Below, in pieces: positions 36,880-48,539 of a stretch of DNA of 64,000 nt. Positions within the stretch are counted from its first letter, which is position 1, and the number at the start of each line of letters is the position of its first letter. Below the pieces are notes generated by a model. It ran no database searches. It was not told the origin of the DNA and was given only the letters and a program-made list of their open reading frames with translations. Source of the DNA: Lepidodermella squamata (taxonomy: Eukaryota > Animalia > Gastrotricha); assembly GCA_047495785.1 (NCBI GenBank), contig JBLDXI010000026.1:310001-374000 (forward strand), in the 5' to 3' direction. The position numbers and the translations under genes are program-made.

Positions 36880-38148
36880 ATGAAAACTCTTCGAATCTTC
36901 TGTGTTCTTTCAGCCATCCTAACAGAGTCATGCATCCTAATGGAGTCACTAATTTTCGCTTCCGATGAAGACAATTATCGATTCGGTAACGAATCGCAGA
37001 GGCTTGCAAAAGCATTCTGGAGCACATACCCAACTTTAGAACAACCGAATCCGACTTCGAATGGCTTGTATCCTGTTAAGACGGCACTTGAGCTTTCCGT
37101 CGTATCATTTGATGGGATTGATGATATGACTGAGACAATGACTTTTCTTGGTCGCGTTAAACTCTCGTGGCAAGATGACGGCGTCTCGAAATTGGGGAAA
37201 ACAACATCACCGTTCGTCATCAACTACCTGATACCCGCCACGCAAATCTGGGTACCAATAATTTGGCAATTCAATGATCCCAGAAATCCTGACCTATTCA
37301 ACTCAATAAGGCAGGTATCGCAAATTTCGGTTCAATGGAATACGGTAAATGACGTCAAGTCAGATAACAGTAGCTGCGGGTGGTACATTTTTGCGTATTT
37401 CTATGCAAATTGTCAAATGGAAGACGGCATCAAGTACTTCCCTTTCGACACGCACTCATGTGACTACAGCTGGGCGCCCATTGCTCATGACCATCAGGTT
37501 AGAATCTACCCGGACTTATCGCGTGTGAATGGCATGGACTCTGTGAGTTATATAATTGGCAAAGAGAATGCGTCAGTCAATGGCTCAGTGTGGTCACTGA
37601 TTAGAGTCGATATCATCCAACAGATTGCTATAAACGACCGAACTATGTTGACCTACCGATTTACGGCTCAACGGCGACCAGGCTATCACATTCAGACCAT
37701 CATCATCCCAAGTGGGCTCGTTGCTATTCTTCAACTGGTCGCCTTGTGGTTCCCACATTCGCCTGATCGTTCGACCTTTTTGATAACCATACTTCTGGCT
37801 TTTTGGATCATACAGTCCGCAGTAACAGCAAGTGTTCCTAAAGTTGCTAATTCTGCCCTACTGATCAGCATTACTGTGCTATCTTGCATCAATGTAGCCT
37901 TCATAGTTGAATCAATAGCGGTTCTGTTCTACCTTGAAGGGCCGGAAATATTTTTCGGACGATTTATTATTTACAAGTCGTCATCTTTGCCTTCAGCCGA
38001 TAGCAGGATGGATAGAATGGCTCGGGATGTTGAGAAAGAAATCGGAGGCAAGAAGAATCATCGCCTGATATTCTACATAGACACGTCTCTGTTTGTGATT
38101 GGCATTATTGTGACTGTTCTTAGCCCAGCAGTTTTGTATTTCTTGTAG
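36880..38148 (+). CDS. Divergent intronless Cys-loop ligand-gated ion channel subunit, copy A
   Basis: Signal peptide, LSWQD, IWVP, CQMEDGIKYFPFDTHSC, QRRPGYH-M1, M2 DRSTFLITILLAF, four TM helices. Confidence 0.88.
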   Translation: MKTLRIFCVLSAILTESCILMESLIFASDEDNYRFGNESQRLAKAFWSTYPTLEQPNPTSNGLYPVKTALELSVVSFDGIDDMTETMTFLGRVKLSWQDDGVSKLGKTTSPFVINYLIPATQIWVPIIWQFNDPRNPDLFNSIRQVSQISVQWNTVNDVKSDNSSCGWYIFAYFYANCQMEDGIKYFPFDTHSCDYSWAPIAHDHQVRIYPDLSRVNGMDSVSYIIGKENASVNGSVWSLIRVDIIQQIAINDRTMLTYRFTAQRRPGYHIQTIIIPSGLVAILQLVALWFPHSPDRSTFLITILLAFWIIQSAVTASVPKVANSALLISITVLSCINVAFIVESIAVLFYLEGPEIFFGRFIIYKSSSLPSADSRMDRMARDVEKEIGGKKNHRLIFYIDTSLFVIGIIVTVLSPAVLYFL

Positions 38149-39863
38149 TAATTTTAGCTATTGCCTCATCGCTTCGAATGTGATTTTCAGATACCAGATG
38201 TTCCGGAATGCCAAAGTTGGCGAAAAGTTATTGTTGCTCTCTGTTAACTTTTTTAACTGTGTTATACTTCGGATATTAGTTCATGATTATAGAATCCTAT
38301 AGAAGCTGCAGCTGACTAAGAACCAGTATGATTCAAAATTGTAGTTAATTTTGGTTATTTGTTCTCGGAAAACATAAAATTCAGTTAACCTTTACATTTC
38401 AGTATTGCGTTATTGTGGGTAGACATCTTGCTTGTATGATTGAAATTATTGTTAAAAATTTTTATAAATAAATACGTTGCCTAATGGCGTGTTCTTTTAC
38501 TGACAAAATAACCAGAATAACTAATTCGGCCATCTTCCCGTGTTCATCCCGCCGTCGTACCAGACTTTGCATGTGCTTGAGCGGGAAGGGGGAAGGGGGA
38601 CTTCGGAACAATGTAGGAAAAGTTCCAACTTTTTTAATCGTCATGTTTAATTTGAATCAACCGCTCGAGGTACAGGTGTAACCCAAGGGCACCAAGAATT
38701 TCAGTTAAGTTTGGCTGCGGATTGAAGAGAATGGTTAACTTCAAGCGATTCCTTGTTTTTTTTTTATTTATTCAGGTACAATAGAACTGCACAGTAAAAA
38801 CTTAACCGCAGTGGGTAGAATAGTAGCATTTTTAGGTCAAGCAGCAATAACATAGCTTCGGCAGTTGATTTGTTGGGTTATCAATTATGTTGGGAATGCA
38901 TAGGTTTTGCAGTCGCAATGCCTTATTTTACCTTCCCTTGCTAAGTGCACTCTGCGGATTTCCTTGGATTAGTGCAGCACTTTCACAGCCCCCTCAAAAT
39001 TAGCGATTAGAAATTACTTATTTATGAGAGAACAAATTAATTGCAAGAGTAAATATATTGAGGTTCAATAAAGAATGGCAACATCAATTGCAACACTCGC
39101 TGAGGCACATCATATCTGGAAGTAAAAAGTCGGTGCCGAAGGGAGAGCTAAATAGGGGGTCAATTTCATCTGCTCACAGAAAAACGATTATGAATTATTT
39201 TTGAGTGAAATATGATTTCAAAAATCGTTTTTTTACTCAGAAATAAAAACAGACACCATCTCGCCAGTTAAATCGCTAGTTAGAGGTTCAGGGTGTTCAA
39301 GGTATGAGTCTCTTTTGCGTCCAAGTGCTAGTTTAGGAATCGAGCTGAGAAGAAGACGATGCTCTCACCCGACCATTGCGCGGCGTAAGAGCGCTTCACG
39401 TCTCTTTCTCGAACAAAATGTCCACAATTATCCACAAGACATTTTAATGCGGAAAATTGCGGAATTGTCACGCTACAGCAATGACTGCAGCCGGCCTAGT
39501 CAAGCCTGACAATTTAGCCATAGTAACATAAAAAGCCCTGTTGCTAATGGGTTCGCTTTTGCCCACGAGCTAAGCTCGTGATATGCTACATAAATGACCG
39601 AGGTAACCCCGGCTCGGTTCTACTTCGCACACTGGGTGAATTAGTTATTCTTGGTATTCCCCTCGCTATCCACCTTGATACCTAGCTTTTTGATTCCGTG
39701 ATCTCATGTGACAAAGTAAAAAATGCTAATGTAACGGTGGGAACAATCCGGCGAATTTGAAGCCTTGTTAATTATATTCGGCCGCGTGATCTGGAAATCA
39801 TGGGCCAACGGTTTTCCGACTGCATTCTGACGAATTCTATTTATTACATAAAAACAGTATAGA

Positions 39864-41712
39864 ATGATCAAGTACATCATTTTATTAAGCTGTTCTGTAG
39901 AGCTGGCAGCTTGCTGCAAAGCTCCGTCTCCGCAGCTAGACAATGAACCAAAAGAATCGATTCAATCGCCTCCTTCGAACAAAATACAGATGCCGACATT
40001 CTACTCATCGTCCTTCCCAGATCCCGCCACGCCCCTTATAAAATCCTCATCCGTTATACCCATAACAACTCACTTCGAAGAAAAAGAAGCAACAACGACG
40101 GAAAGTTCAGATCCATCTACTACGCAACCCTTCATTCAGCCGGTGAATAACAGGAAGCGAAGAAGTTGTATCGATTCCTATACCGAAGAGACGAATGGCG
40201 GCTTTTGTTTGTAGCAGAGATGATTTCTTCGATATTCCCGCAAATTGGACGTTAGGACGGACCCAAAGGTATGAAATTCGTATTTTGAGCAATATTCAAG
40301 TTTAAGAGCAATACGGTTTTTGGATATTGCTATAGAATGGAAATAATTCTCGATGAAAATCTTGAGTTTCGCGGCACGAGAGCTGGCGAATGCGAAAAAT
40401 GGGGTCCACTTCTACCAGTAATGGAATCTTCGAGGAGAACGAAGAAGGGGAGGATGAACAATGTCCTCCTGCCAGTCATAGAGAACGGAGTGATCACTCC
40501 GTTCTCTATGCTACCAGTAAAGAATTCTTCGAGGAGAACGAAGAAGGGTAGGATGAACAATGTCACGGCTTCATGGAATCTATTCGAGTGCCACATTTCA
40601 CAAACAGCGTTCGCATACCACACAAATTTGATAACCTACTTGGCTAAATGTTTCGCGGAGCATATTGGGGTTGTAATACGGCCTGATATGATATATTTTA
40701 CAGTAATGAACGAAATATCTCGTTTTGTGACAGGAAATTCTGAAGCAGTTCGCCACTTGTTCACCACTCGAAAGGATGGTAAAGATACACTTATTGCCGT
40801 CGTACCTCCTGGACGGACGATGCTTGATCTTGATCAGATCATGGACCAATTAGAACAGAAAATTCCCAGTAATATCAGTGGGCTCACGCCTAATTTCACG
40901 ACAGATTCGCCAATGAGCCTTGAAGCCCGAAAGGCTGCATTGGCTGAGACGGTTTCTCCATACTATGATTTCAAGATGGTATCATATTGTGGAATACCCA
41001 AAGTTCGGCTGGAAGGAACTCCTGTAGACTGGACGAAAGTATTGATCGCCGCGAAAAAATGGCATCAGCTCCTCAGTCCTTATGGCCTGGGTTCCTATTT
41101 ACAAGGCGTTCTTGAATTGGTTAGCAAAATTCTTGAGGATGCTAAAGCCGAACAGCTGACACGAGCGTTTTGGGTAAATATATTTCGAATTGGTCATCCG
41201 GAATACGGTTGTGGGGATTTTCCTCCGCTAATTCATGGCTGGATGGCTACGCTTCATAATTTGAAAGAAGGCGTAGAGTTGGGCGCCTTCCCACATCATA
41301 TCACCAAGGTTGAATGGGAGCATAATCAATATGGGGACTTCGTTGCGCATCACGGCTTGTTTTCTTCAAAACTTGACAGCGATAACTTTTTGGTTCCTGA
41401 ATTCTCCCGATTCATTTTCAAGAAATCAATTGTGGGGATTTTCCTCCGCTAATTCATGGCTGGATGGCTACGCTTCATAATTTGAAAGAAGGCGTAGAGT
41501 TGGGCGCCTTCCCACATCATATCACCAAGGTTGAATGGGAGCATAATCAATATGGGGACTTCGTTGCGCATCACGGCTTGTTTTCTTCAAAACTTGACAG
41601 CGATAACTTTTTGGTTCCTGAATTCTCCCGATTCATTTTCAAGAAATCAATGGCGACTGACGAAGCTAGGAACTGGGAAGGGGATCATTTTCGAAGCAGG
41701 GACTGCTGGTGA
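39864..41712 (+). CDS. DUF4419-domain gene with internal duplications; possibly disrupted or misassembled
   Basis: Motifs HIGVVIRPDMIYF, PNFTT, YYDF...CGIPKVRLEGT..DW and IHGWM. The signal-peptide ORF 39864-40214 is out of frame with the exon ending at 40268. There is a ~55-bp internal duplication and a 221-bp tandem duplication of the 3' end. Confidence 0.7.
41210..41651 (+). repeat. Perfect 221-bp tandem duplication
   Basis: 41210-41430 and 41431-41651 appear identical by eye. Confidence 0.9.
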
Positions 41713-42213
41713 GCAGACCAATCATAAATTGGGCTCAACTACCATCCATTCCATTCTATTTTTGAGTTTCAAGCTACCTGATTCAATAGAGACATTTGTC
41801 AATCGATATACCTAACATGTAATCCTTTCAATGGAATTTCCCCACCTTTAAATGAATATTATAGCCATTTCAAACTTCGCATGTTTGTAGCTTTAGTGGC
41901 TCCTTCACGTAAAATGTCTCAAGCAATTAAACCTGAACCCGTTTCAGAAATGCAATTTCCCATGTTTTTTAAAAGACAAATCAAGAGGAACCAAATCTTC
42001 CCAATTTTCAAGCTTCATTAAAATCATCAGTCAACCCTGTGAACTAATCTACTAATGAACTAATCAGCAGCTTCTTATTTGAATTAGAAGCTATCCTAGT
42101 CTCTTGTATAGCTTGTAATTTGGTAAAATAAATGGGACCGCTATTTATTCACAATATTTCAACCAGAAAACTGAGTAGGTATTTCACAATGTATCTAGGC
42201 TTAGAATGGCAAC

Positions 42214-43700
42214 TTAATGTTGCGCAACCAGGAACTTGGTCGATCTTCTGCTTTTTTCAAATACCTTAGCCTGTGGACTGCGGCTTGCTCCATAATAGCA
42301 ATTGCTCTTTCGACGTGGTCCTGCCACTGAATCCCTCTCCTCAAAGCAGCGTAGTGCATGAATAGAGATGTCCGCAAGACATTTGATAGCCGAATCAGTG
42401 GTCGAGTCGTAGCTCCTGGGTGAGAAAATCAATGGAAAACACATGTGGAGTGATCGTCAATTAGGTGCGCACCACTGAAAAACAGGTAGCAGATGAATAG
42501 AGCGAATTCCGGCATCGTTGGTTGCCAGCCATTTAGAACGTGCGATAGCTCCTGCCCCAGCGTAGCGAAAGGCTGCAAATGAAAATAATTTGTTTCATCG
42601 AATTTACTGAAGAAAGATATGCTCCGATTAAGTCAATATCACTGATCAATGATACCTCATCCCTCTGAAAGTCGAATACTTGCGTTACAGAATATCCACA
42701 AGTGCATCAGATATCATTGGAAGAAATGTTACCTCCAACTCGGGGAAAACAGCCAGAATTTGGGGTAAGAGCGCTAAATTGACTGAAAGTGGATTGTCAT
42801 TGCCGGTTTGTGCTGTAAAAGCTAGCGTGGATAACATCAATCCTGGCGCAACAGCTTGTACCAGATCCTGATCGGATATGGCGAAAGCGTCTGCGAGATA
42901 GAAGGGCTAATCAGAAAATCAGATCGTAGCAAATGTTTTTCACCTTTCATGTACTGTGCGAATCGTGCGCCTCCGTGATTGTAGATTCTCACCTGATCGA
43001 TAGAAAATGCAGATGCCAACTTGGAAACGTCATCATAAGGAACGCTCCTTTTCCGTAGAGGAAACTAAATTATATACGAAATGAGACGAAAATTAGAATG
43101 AGGAATAGCGAAAAATCACTTCATGCAAGTCGTGCAGGAACGTTAGTCCAAGAATTGATGCTTTCGTGGCTCCCTCAACTATTCTCAGTTCGACGAGATC
43201 TGGGCTGTCTGGGATCGTTGATGACAAACTATTGGAAGTGGTTTCAAGGCCTTCGGCCTCTGATTCGATACTAGTATTCCTATGGTGGCTTCTTTTCAGT
43301 GCTAAAGTAGAAAGTAGGGTTTACCAAACTTCAATCGTAAACAAATATTGTACCTGCGTTTAAGCGCAAATTGAAGCACTTTTCAAGACGGCAGCGAGTG
43401 CAACAGCCACGAGTTTTTCCTGGAAGGATTTCGCATTTATTCATGCCGGTAACACACTGAAACTCATAGCGCCTTGAAGCTTGCCGCGTGAAGAATTTCT
43501 GTAAATTATGCACAGGTTTGAAGAACTATTCTGAAGTTTCATCTCTTTCACCTGACACGCCGAGCATTGCCCCGGAAAGTAGGTTTTTCGTCCCACAACA
43601 GGCTTCCCACACACCTGTAAAGAAGATGGAGAATGACGATTTTTATCATTCTTGATGGTAATAATACCTTGCAATCATGATGTCTCCCGTTAGATGCCAT
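42214..43700 (-). CDS. Divergent nuclear receptor (C4 DBD + LBD), multi-exon
   Basis: DBD reads DCK|VCGKPVVGRKTYFPGQCSACQ|KFFTR...CVTGMNKC...CTRCRLEKC. LBD exons include WQPTMPEFAL. Confidence 0.8.
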
Positions 43701-43920
43701 AATAATCAGTCATGTCAACAAATTCCTAGTAAAAGCAAGGTTCGTTCGATCATCCTATGTTGGCATAATTAAAAGGGAATGGCGAGCGTCGGAAAAACCT
43801 GAGAGAGTGTCGCAATTTCTAGTTCTCGCGACGATAGACGCGCTTGCGCGACTTATTACGTGACTTATTACGTCGCTACTTTATACGGGATAAAGCTACA
43901 GCGCATTGAAATTGCGACTT

Positions 43921-44115
43921 TCACTCATTTGCTGTGAGACGCTCGCACAGCCACACATAATTTAATCGGGCATCTGTTCGCTTCACAGACTTTCCGCATA
44001 CCTGGAGAGAAATTATGGAAGGGGTAAACTCCATGTTTTGTTGAAGATGAACAAACTTGCAAGTAGCACTCCTCAGGCCAAGGGGAAAACACCATAAAAG
44101 CCCACGCGGGGCCAT
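43921..44115 (-). pseudogene. Degenerate duplicate of nuclear-receptor DBD exons
   Basis: SATCK...cag|VCGKSVKRTDARLNYVWLCERL mirrors DCK|VCGK of the adjacent NR. The splice donor and the second CxxC are lost. Confidence 0.4.
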
Positions 44116-45681
44116 CTGGTGATAAAATCTCGGCCTGAAAATACCCCCTAGTTCGAGGATCCTACTTCACGCACTGTTGAGTATTAGTCTCAAAGCTCAA
44201 TTATAGATCGGACCAAATCACCTGTTGCCTGTTATATGATATCATACAAGCGAACAAGAAAGCTAAAAATCGTGATCAATCACGTCAACCTAAATACAGC
44301 GTGAATAGCTTGCCAGATCTATCTTACCTAGCTATCAATGACAGATTCTTACATACATAAGCATCGTGCGGTTTCCCGTGGCTCTAGCTGTTATTAAATT
44401 AGGATCTACAGTCTAGTGAGCATTATTATCAAATATTTTTCTCAATGAACATGAGCACTAAACGAGCATTATTCTGCTCGTGTTTATTGAGAAAATGATG
44501 GAAAAAAGGATTGATAACGGCACGTGTGTGTTGATTCGACGCAAATAATGAACAAGCTTCCAATTTTGCGTGAGGCACCCGTATGTCCTCGCCAAGTCAA
44601 TTAGAACAAATATAAAATGTTCGAGTATGATGTGTTCTTTTGATTGCGCAGCCAACACTGATACTTGCAGAAATCAATCAAAGAAGTCAAATAGGAACAA
44701 ACAAGAAAAATACGAAATTAGTTGTGAGCTTTCCTCGTGATTCCTTCCCTATGCATATCCTTTCCTATGCTTTTTGAAAGATGACATTAATCTCATGCAG
44801 TTTCTACAGCGTGAAATTCCTGATAAGTTTGAATATACTCAAATTAGGAAAAAGGCCCAATTCCGGACCAATATTCGTTCCGTCCGGCCCCAAGCGTAGG
44901 CCGCTGTGTTGATACTGTGATGTACAGCGAAGAGCGAAGTGCAAACTTCGGCGAGAAAGAGCAAAACTTGAGATTGCAACATTAGACAATGGTCTTCGCT
45001 CATAACTCACAATAAGGCGAATAACTGAAATAACATTTATTGAATATTCCGAATTTTTAGTAGACAAAAAAATACAACACATATATCCGCCAAGCTATAC
45101 TTGCCGGGGCAAATGAAAGAGACGTTAAACGTTAAAAACGACGATCGGTTTTTATTTGAGTGAAGATTATCGACTTGAGTATCCTTACTTCTCTGTCATC
45201 CAGCTAATTTTACGCAAGGAGATTTGTTGCATGCTTTATGCTTTCAACTCAGAAGATTTTACTCGCTTTTAATGTATCATGAGCGAGCCAATACAAAATC
45301 TGTGTTGAAGACGATGTTTAAACGGGTATAATACTTTGGGACAAACTTATGTATGATGATTTTCCTATTTTTCTCTTAATTATTCCCAATCATATCTCTG
45401 ATTGAATTATCTATCGAGCGAAAACCGCGTTCCGTGCAGGTAAAAACGCAGCTCTGAGCTTAAATTGATCGTTGCACGATTCAAAGCCCTAGGGCTGAAA
45501 AAATCAATCATCAATGTTTGTAGATCTAAGTTGGATTGGGTTTTTGCGCAATAGTAAATATGGGACCGCGGAATAACTGAACAGCTTATTCATGATTAAT
45601 GAGAGAGTCTTACCCGAGAGAACGACTAATCTCGGCGCTTTCATTACTCTCTTATTTCCCGCTGAACTTGTTTAAACAGCA

Positions 45682-46950
45682 ATGAAATCTCTGCGAATCT
45701 TTTATATTCTCTCGGCCATTCTAACAGATTCTTGCATCCAAATGGAGTCACTAATTTTTGCTTCGGATGAAGACAATTATCGATTTGGTAACGAATCGCA
45801 GAGGCTTGCAAAAGCATTCTGGAGCACATACCCAACTACAGAACAGCCGAATCCATCGTCGGATGGCTTGTATCCTGTCAAGACGGTGCTCGAAGTTTCG
45901 GTCGTAACATTCGATGGGATTGATGACATGACTGAGACAATGACATTTCTCGGCCGAGTTAAACTCTCGTGGCAAGATGACAATGTCTCGAAATTGGGGA
46001 AAACAACATCTCCGTTTATCATTAACTACCTGATACCGGCCACACAAATTTGGGAACCGGTCATTTGGCAATTCAACGATCCAAGAAACCCCGACCTGTT
46101 CACGTCAATAAGGCAAGTCTCGCAAATTTCGATACAATGGAATACGGTGAAGGACGTTAAGGCACCAAACAGCACCTGCTCTTGGTTCGTTTTTTCCTAT
46201 TTTTATGCAAACTGTCAAATGGAAGACGGGATCAAATACTTCCCGTTCGATACTCACTCTTGCGACTACATCTGGGCACCCATTGCTCATGACCATCAGG
46301 TCAAACTTTACCCGGATTTGTCGCGTGGGACTGGTATGAACTCGGTCAGTTGGATAATCGGCAAAGAGAATTCATCTATCAATGGATCCGTTTGGTCGCT
46401 GATTGGGATTGAAGTTATCCAAAGAACTGGCATTAATGACCGAACTGTGCTGACCTACCGATTTACGGCTCAGCGACGACCAGGCTATCACATTCAGACC
46501 ATCATCATCCCAAGTGGGCTCGTTGCTATTCTTCAAATCGTCGCCTTGTGGTTCCCACATTCGCCTGATCGTTCGACTTTTTTGATAACCATACTTCTGG
46601 CATTTTGGATCATTCAGTCAGTGGTTACGTCAAGCGTTCCTAAAGTTGCAAATTCTGCCCTTCTCATCTGTATTACTGTTTTATCTTGCATTAATGCGGC
46701 CTTCATAGTTGAATCTATAGCGGTTCTGTTCTACCTAGAAGGCCCGGAAATATTTTTCGGGCGATTCATAATTTACAGGCCGTCAACTTCGCCATCAGCC
46801 GATAACACCTTGGATAGCATGGCTCGAGACGTTGAGAAGGAAATTGCTAGCAAGAAGAATCATCGCCTGATATTCTACATAGACATGTCTCTGTTTGTGA
46901 TTGGCATTCTTGTGACTGTTCTCAGCCCAGTGGTCTTGTATTCCTTGTAG
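45682..46950 (+). CDS. Divergent intronless Cys-loop ligand-gated ion channel subunit, copy B
   Basis: Same 422-aa length and close similarity to 36880-38148; about 550 bp of upstream DNA is also homologous. Confidence 0.88.
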   Translation: MKSLRIFYILSAILTDSCIQMESLIFASDEDNYRFGNESQRLAKAFWSTYPTTEQPNPSSDGLYPVKTVLEVSVVTFDGIDDMTETMTFLGRVKLSWQDDNVSKLGKTTSPFIINYLIPATQIWEPVIWQFNDPRNPDLFTSIRQVSQISIQWNTVKDVKAPNSTCSWFVFSYFYANCQMEDGIKYFPFDTHSCDYIWAPIAHDHQVKLYPDLSRGTGMNSVSWIIGKENSSINGSVWSLIGIEVIQRTGINDRTVLTYRFTAQRRPGYHIQTIIIPSGLVAILQIVALWFPHSPDRSTFLITILLAFWIIQSVVTSSVPKVANSALLICITVLSCINAAFIVESIAVLFYLEGPEIFFGRFIIYRPSTSPSADNTLDSMARDVEKEIASKKNHRLIFYIDMSLFVIGILVTVLSPVVLYSL

Positions 46951-47133
46951 TAAGTTGAGCCCTGAATGTGATGATAATGATTTCTAATGTAGAACCTCGC
47001 AAAATTCAAGAAGTCCAGCTCTTTCTCAACAAGTTGAAGGTTTATTTCCCATTATCAATTCAAGCGAATGTCGCAGTTTGTAAATATATAGATTTTTCCT
47101 AAATAATATAGGTCGAGTAGTTTGGCCAATTCG

Positions 47134-47288
47134 ATATTTTACGGTATAACATTCGTAAATCGTTTATATCTGATCTCGCCGTCCTCGATTTACTCATCGC
47201 CACTCGCCTCCGGCTCGTTCCGACTCGTAAATCTCGGGCGGCTCCGTACAGATATAAACGGTTTACTCATGTCATACCATACAAGTAT
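47134..47288. repeat. Imperfect palindromic element
   Basis: GGTATAACATTCGTAAATCGTTTATATCTG pairs with CAGATATAAACGGTTTACTCATGTCATACC around a central CGCCTCCGGCTCG. Confidence 0.55.
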
Positions 47289-48539
47289 TGCTATGGCTCT
47301 ATAGCGGCTCTATTAGCTATAGCAGCAGCAGAAGTTTCAGCAGTCGTGCGAAGTCACGGAGACGATGGAAATATATGCACTGACAGCACGTTCTGTTATA
47401 AATTGTTTCGCACGAGCTCTAGTTCAGGAGCCGGTAGTTGATGACACAGACCGCAAAACGTAACCCATTGACAATTGAGGGCCGAAATAAATAAGATGGT
47501 AGAGCTCATGGAAGAAGCTTCTCGCTTGGTGAATTAGCTGTGGTAGAGCTTCGCACAAGGCAGGTAGCCGGCTGGACCTTAGGCTTGCCTCTCTGGATCT
47601 TCAGGTTCGGTTCCGCGTGTCTGAGTCTGAGGCGGATGCGCGGATTTGGTCGTTGCTTTGCAATCCGGTTGAAACTGGGTCTGTGTCTTGACACGTTCTT
47701 ATTAGCAATGCAGACAGCATTTATCAAGATAGCATTCTAACCTCCCCTCTTTGAAGTGAATATCGCCCGGTCAAACTTCGCATTAGTGGCTCCTGCTCGA
47801 TTGGTGTCTCAAGAACTGCGTCTAACATGAACACGGCTTTGTGAATTTGAAATGTGTATCATAAGCTTAAGAATCTTGTGCCTCATTTGAAGGTGACAAG
47901 TGACGAAGCATCGGCAACAACGTTTTTACAAGACTGCATAGACAACAGGTTAGTCACTTCTCTATCAATCCTATACTATACCGACGGTAAATCTGATAGT
48001 ATAAGCGCTGAACAAAAAAACCTTCCGAAAACTGTACTGTATGCTGTAAGGGCATTTTTTCGGTCACCCTGGTTGTCTCGGAATTATAGATCGTTTCATG
48101 GACATTAAACATGATTCAGTTCAGTATTTTTCTATCTCGTCTATGTGTCTTAATTTAGTCTTTAATTAGCTATTTTAGCAGCTATCGCGATCTGGAACGG
48201 GAAGAGGATTCACTCATGCAGACATAAGCAGTATATTTCCTGTTTAATCTGCACGGAATGAGCATATAAGTATATAGACAAGCCATCGATCAACACGTGC
48301 AAGGCTTTGTCTAGACTTACATACTTTTCGATTAAAAAATCGATAGGCCTTCTCGTCTTGAATATGATCACATAGGCATAACCGCAATGTGCTCACCAAA
48401 TGAGAACGTGATTTTCATTTATGACATGTCCCCAGACGTTCTCATCGCTTCATTCGGAATACAAGATCTGAAACATTTTTTTAGATTTGTTTTGAGGTTA
48501 AGTCTATCAGCTTCTTTCGCCTGATTCAAAACTTGGAAA

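Noticed and set aside
47506-48108. Short ORFs between pLGIC copy B and NR copy 1
   Set aside because: No motifs or consistent splice model; only a short similarity to ~41860-41920 that I cannot interpret.
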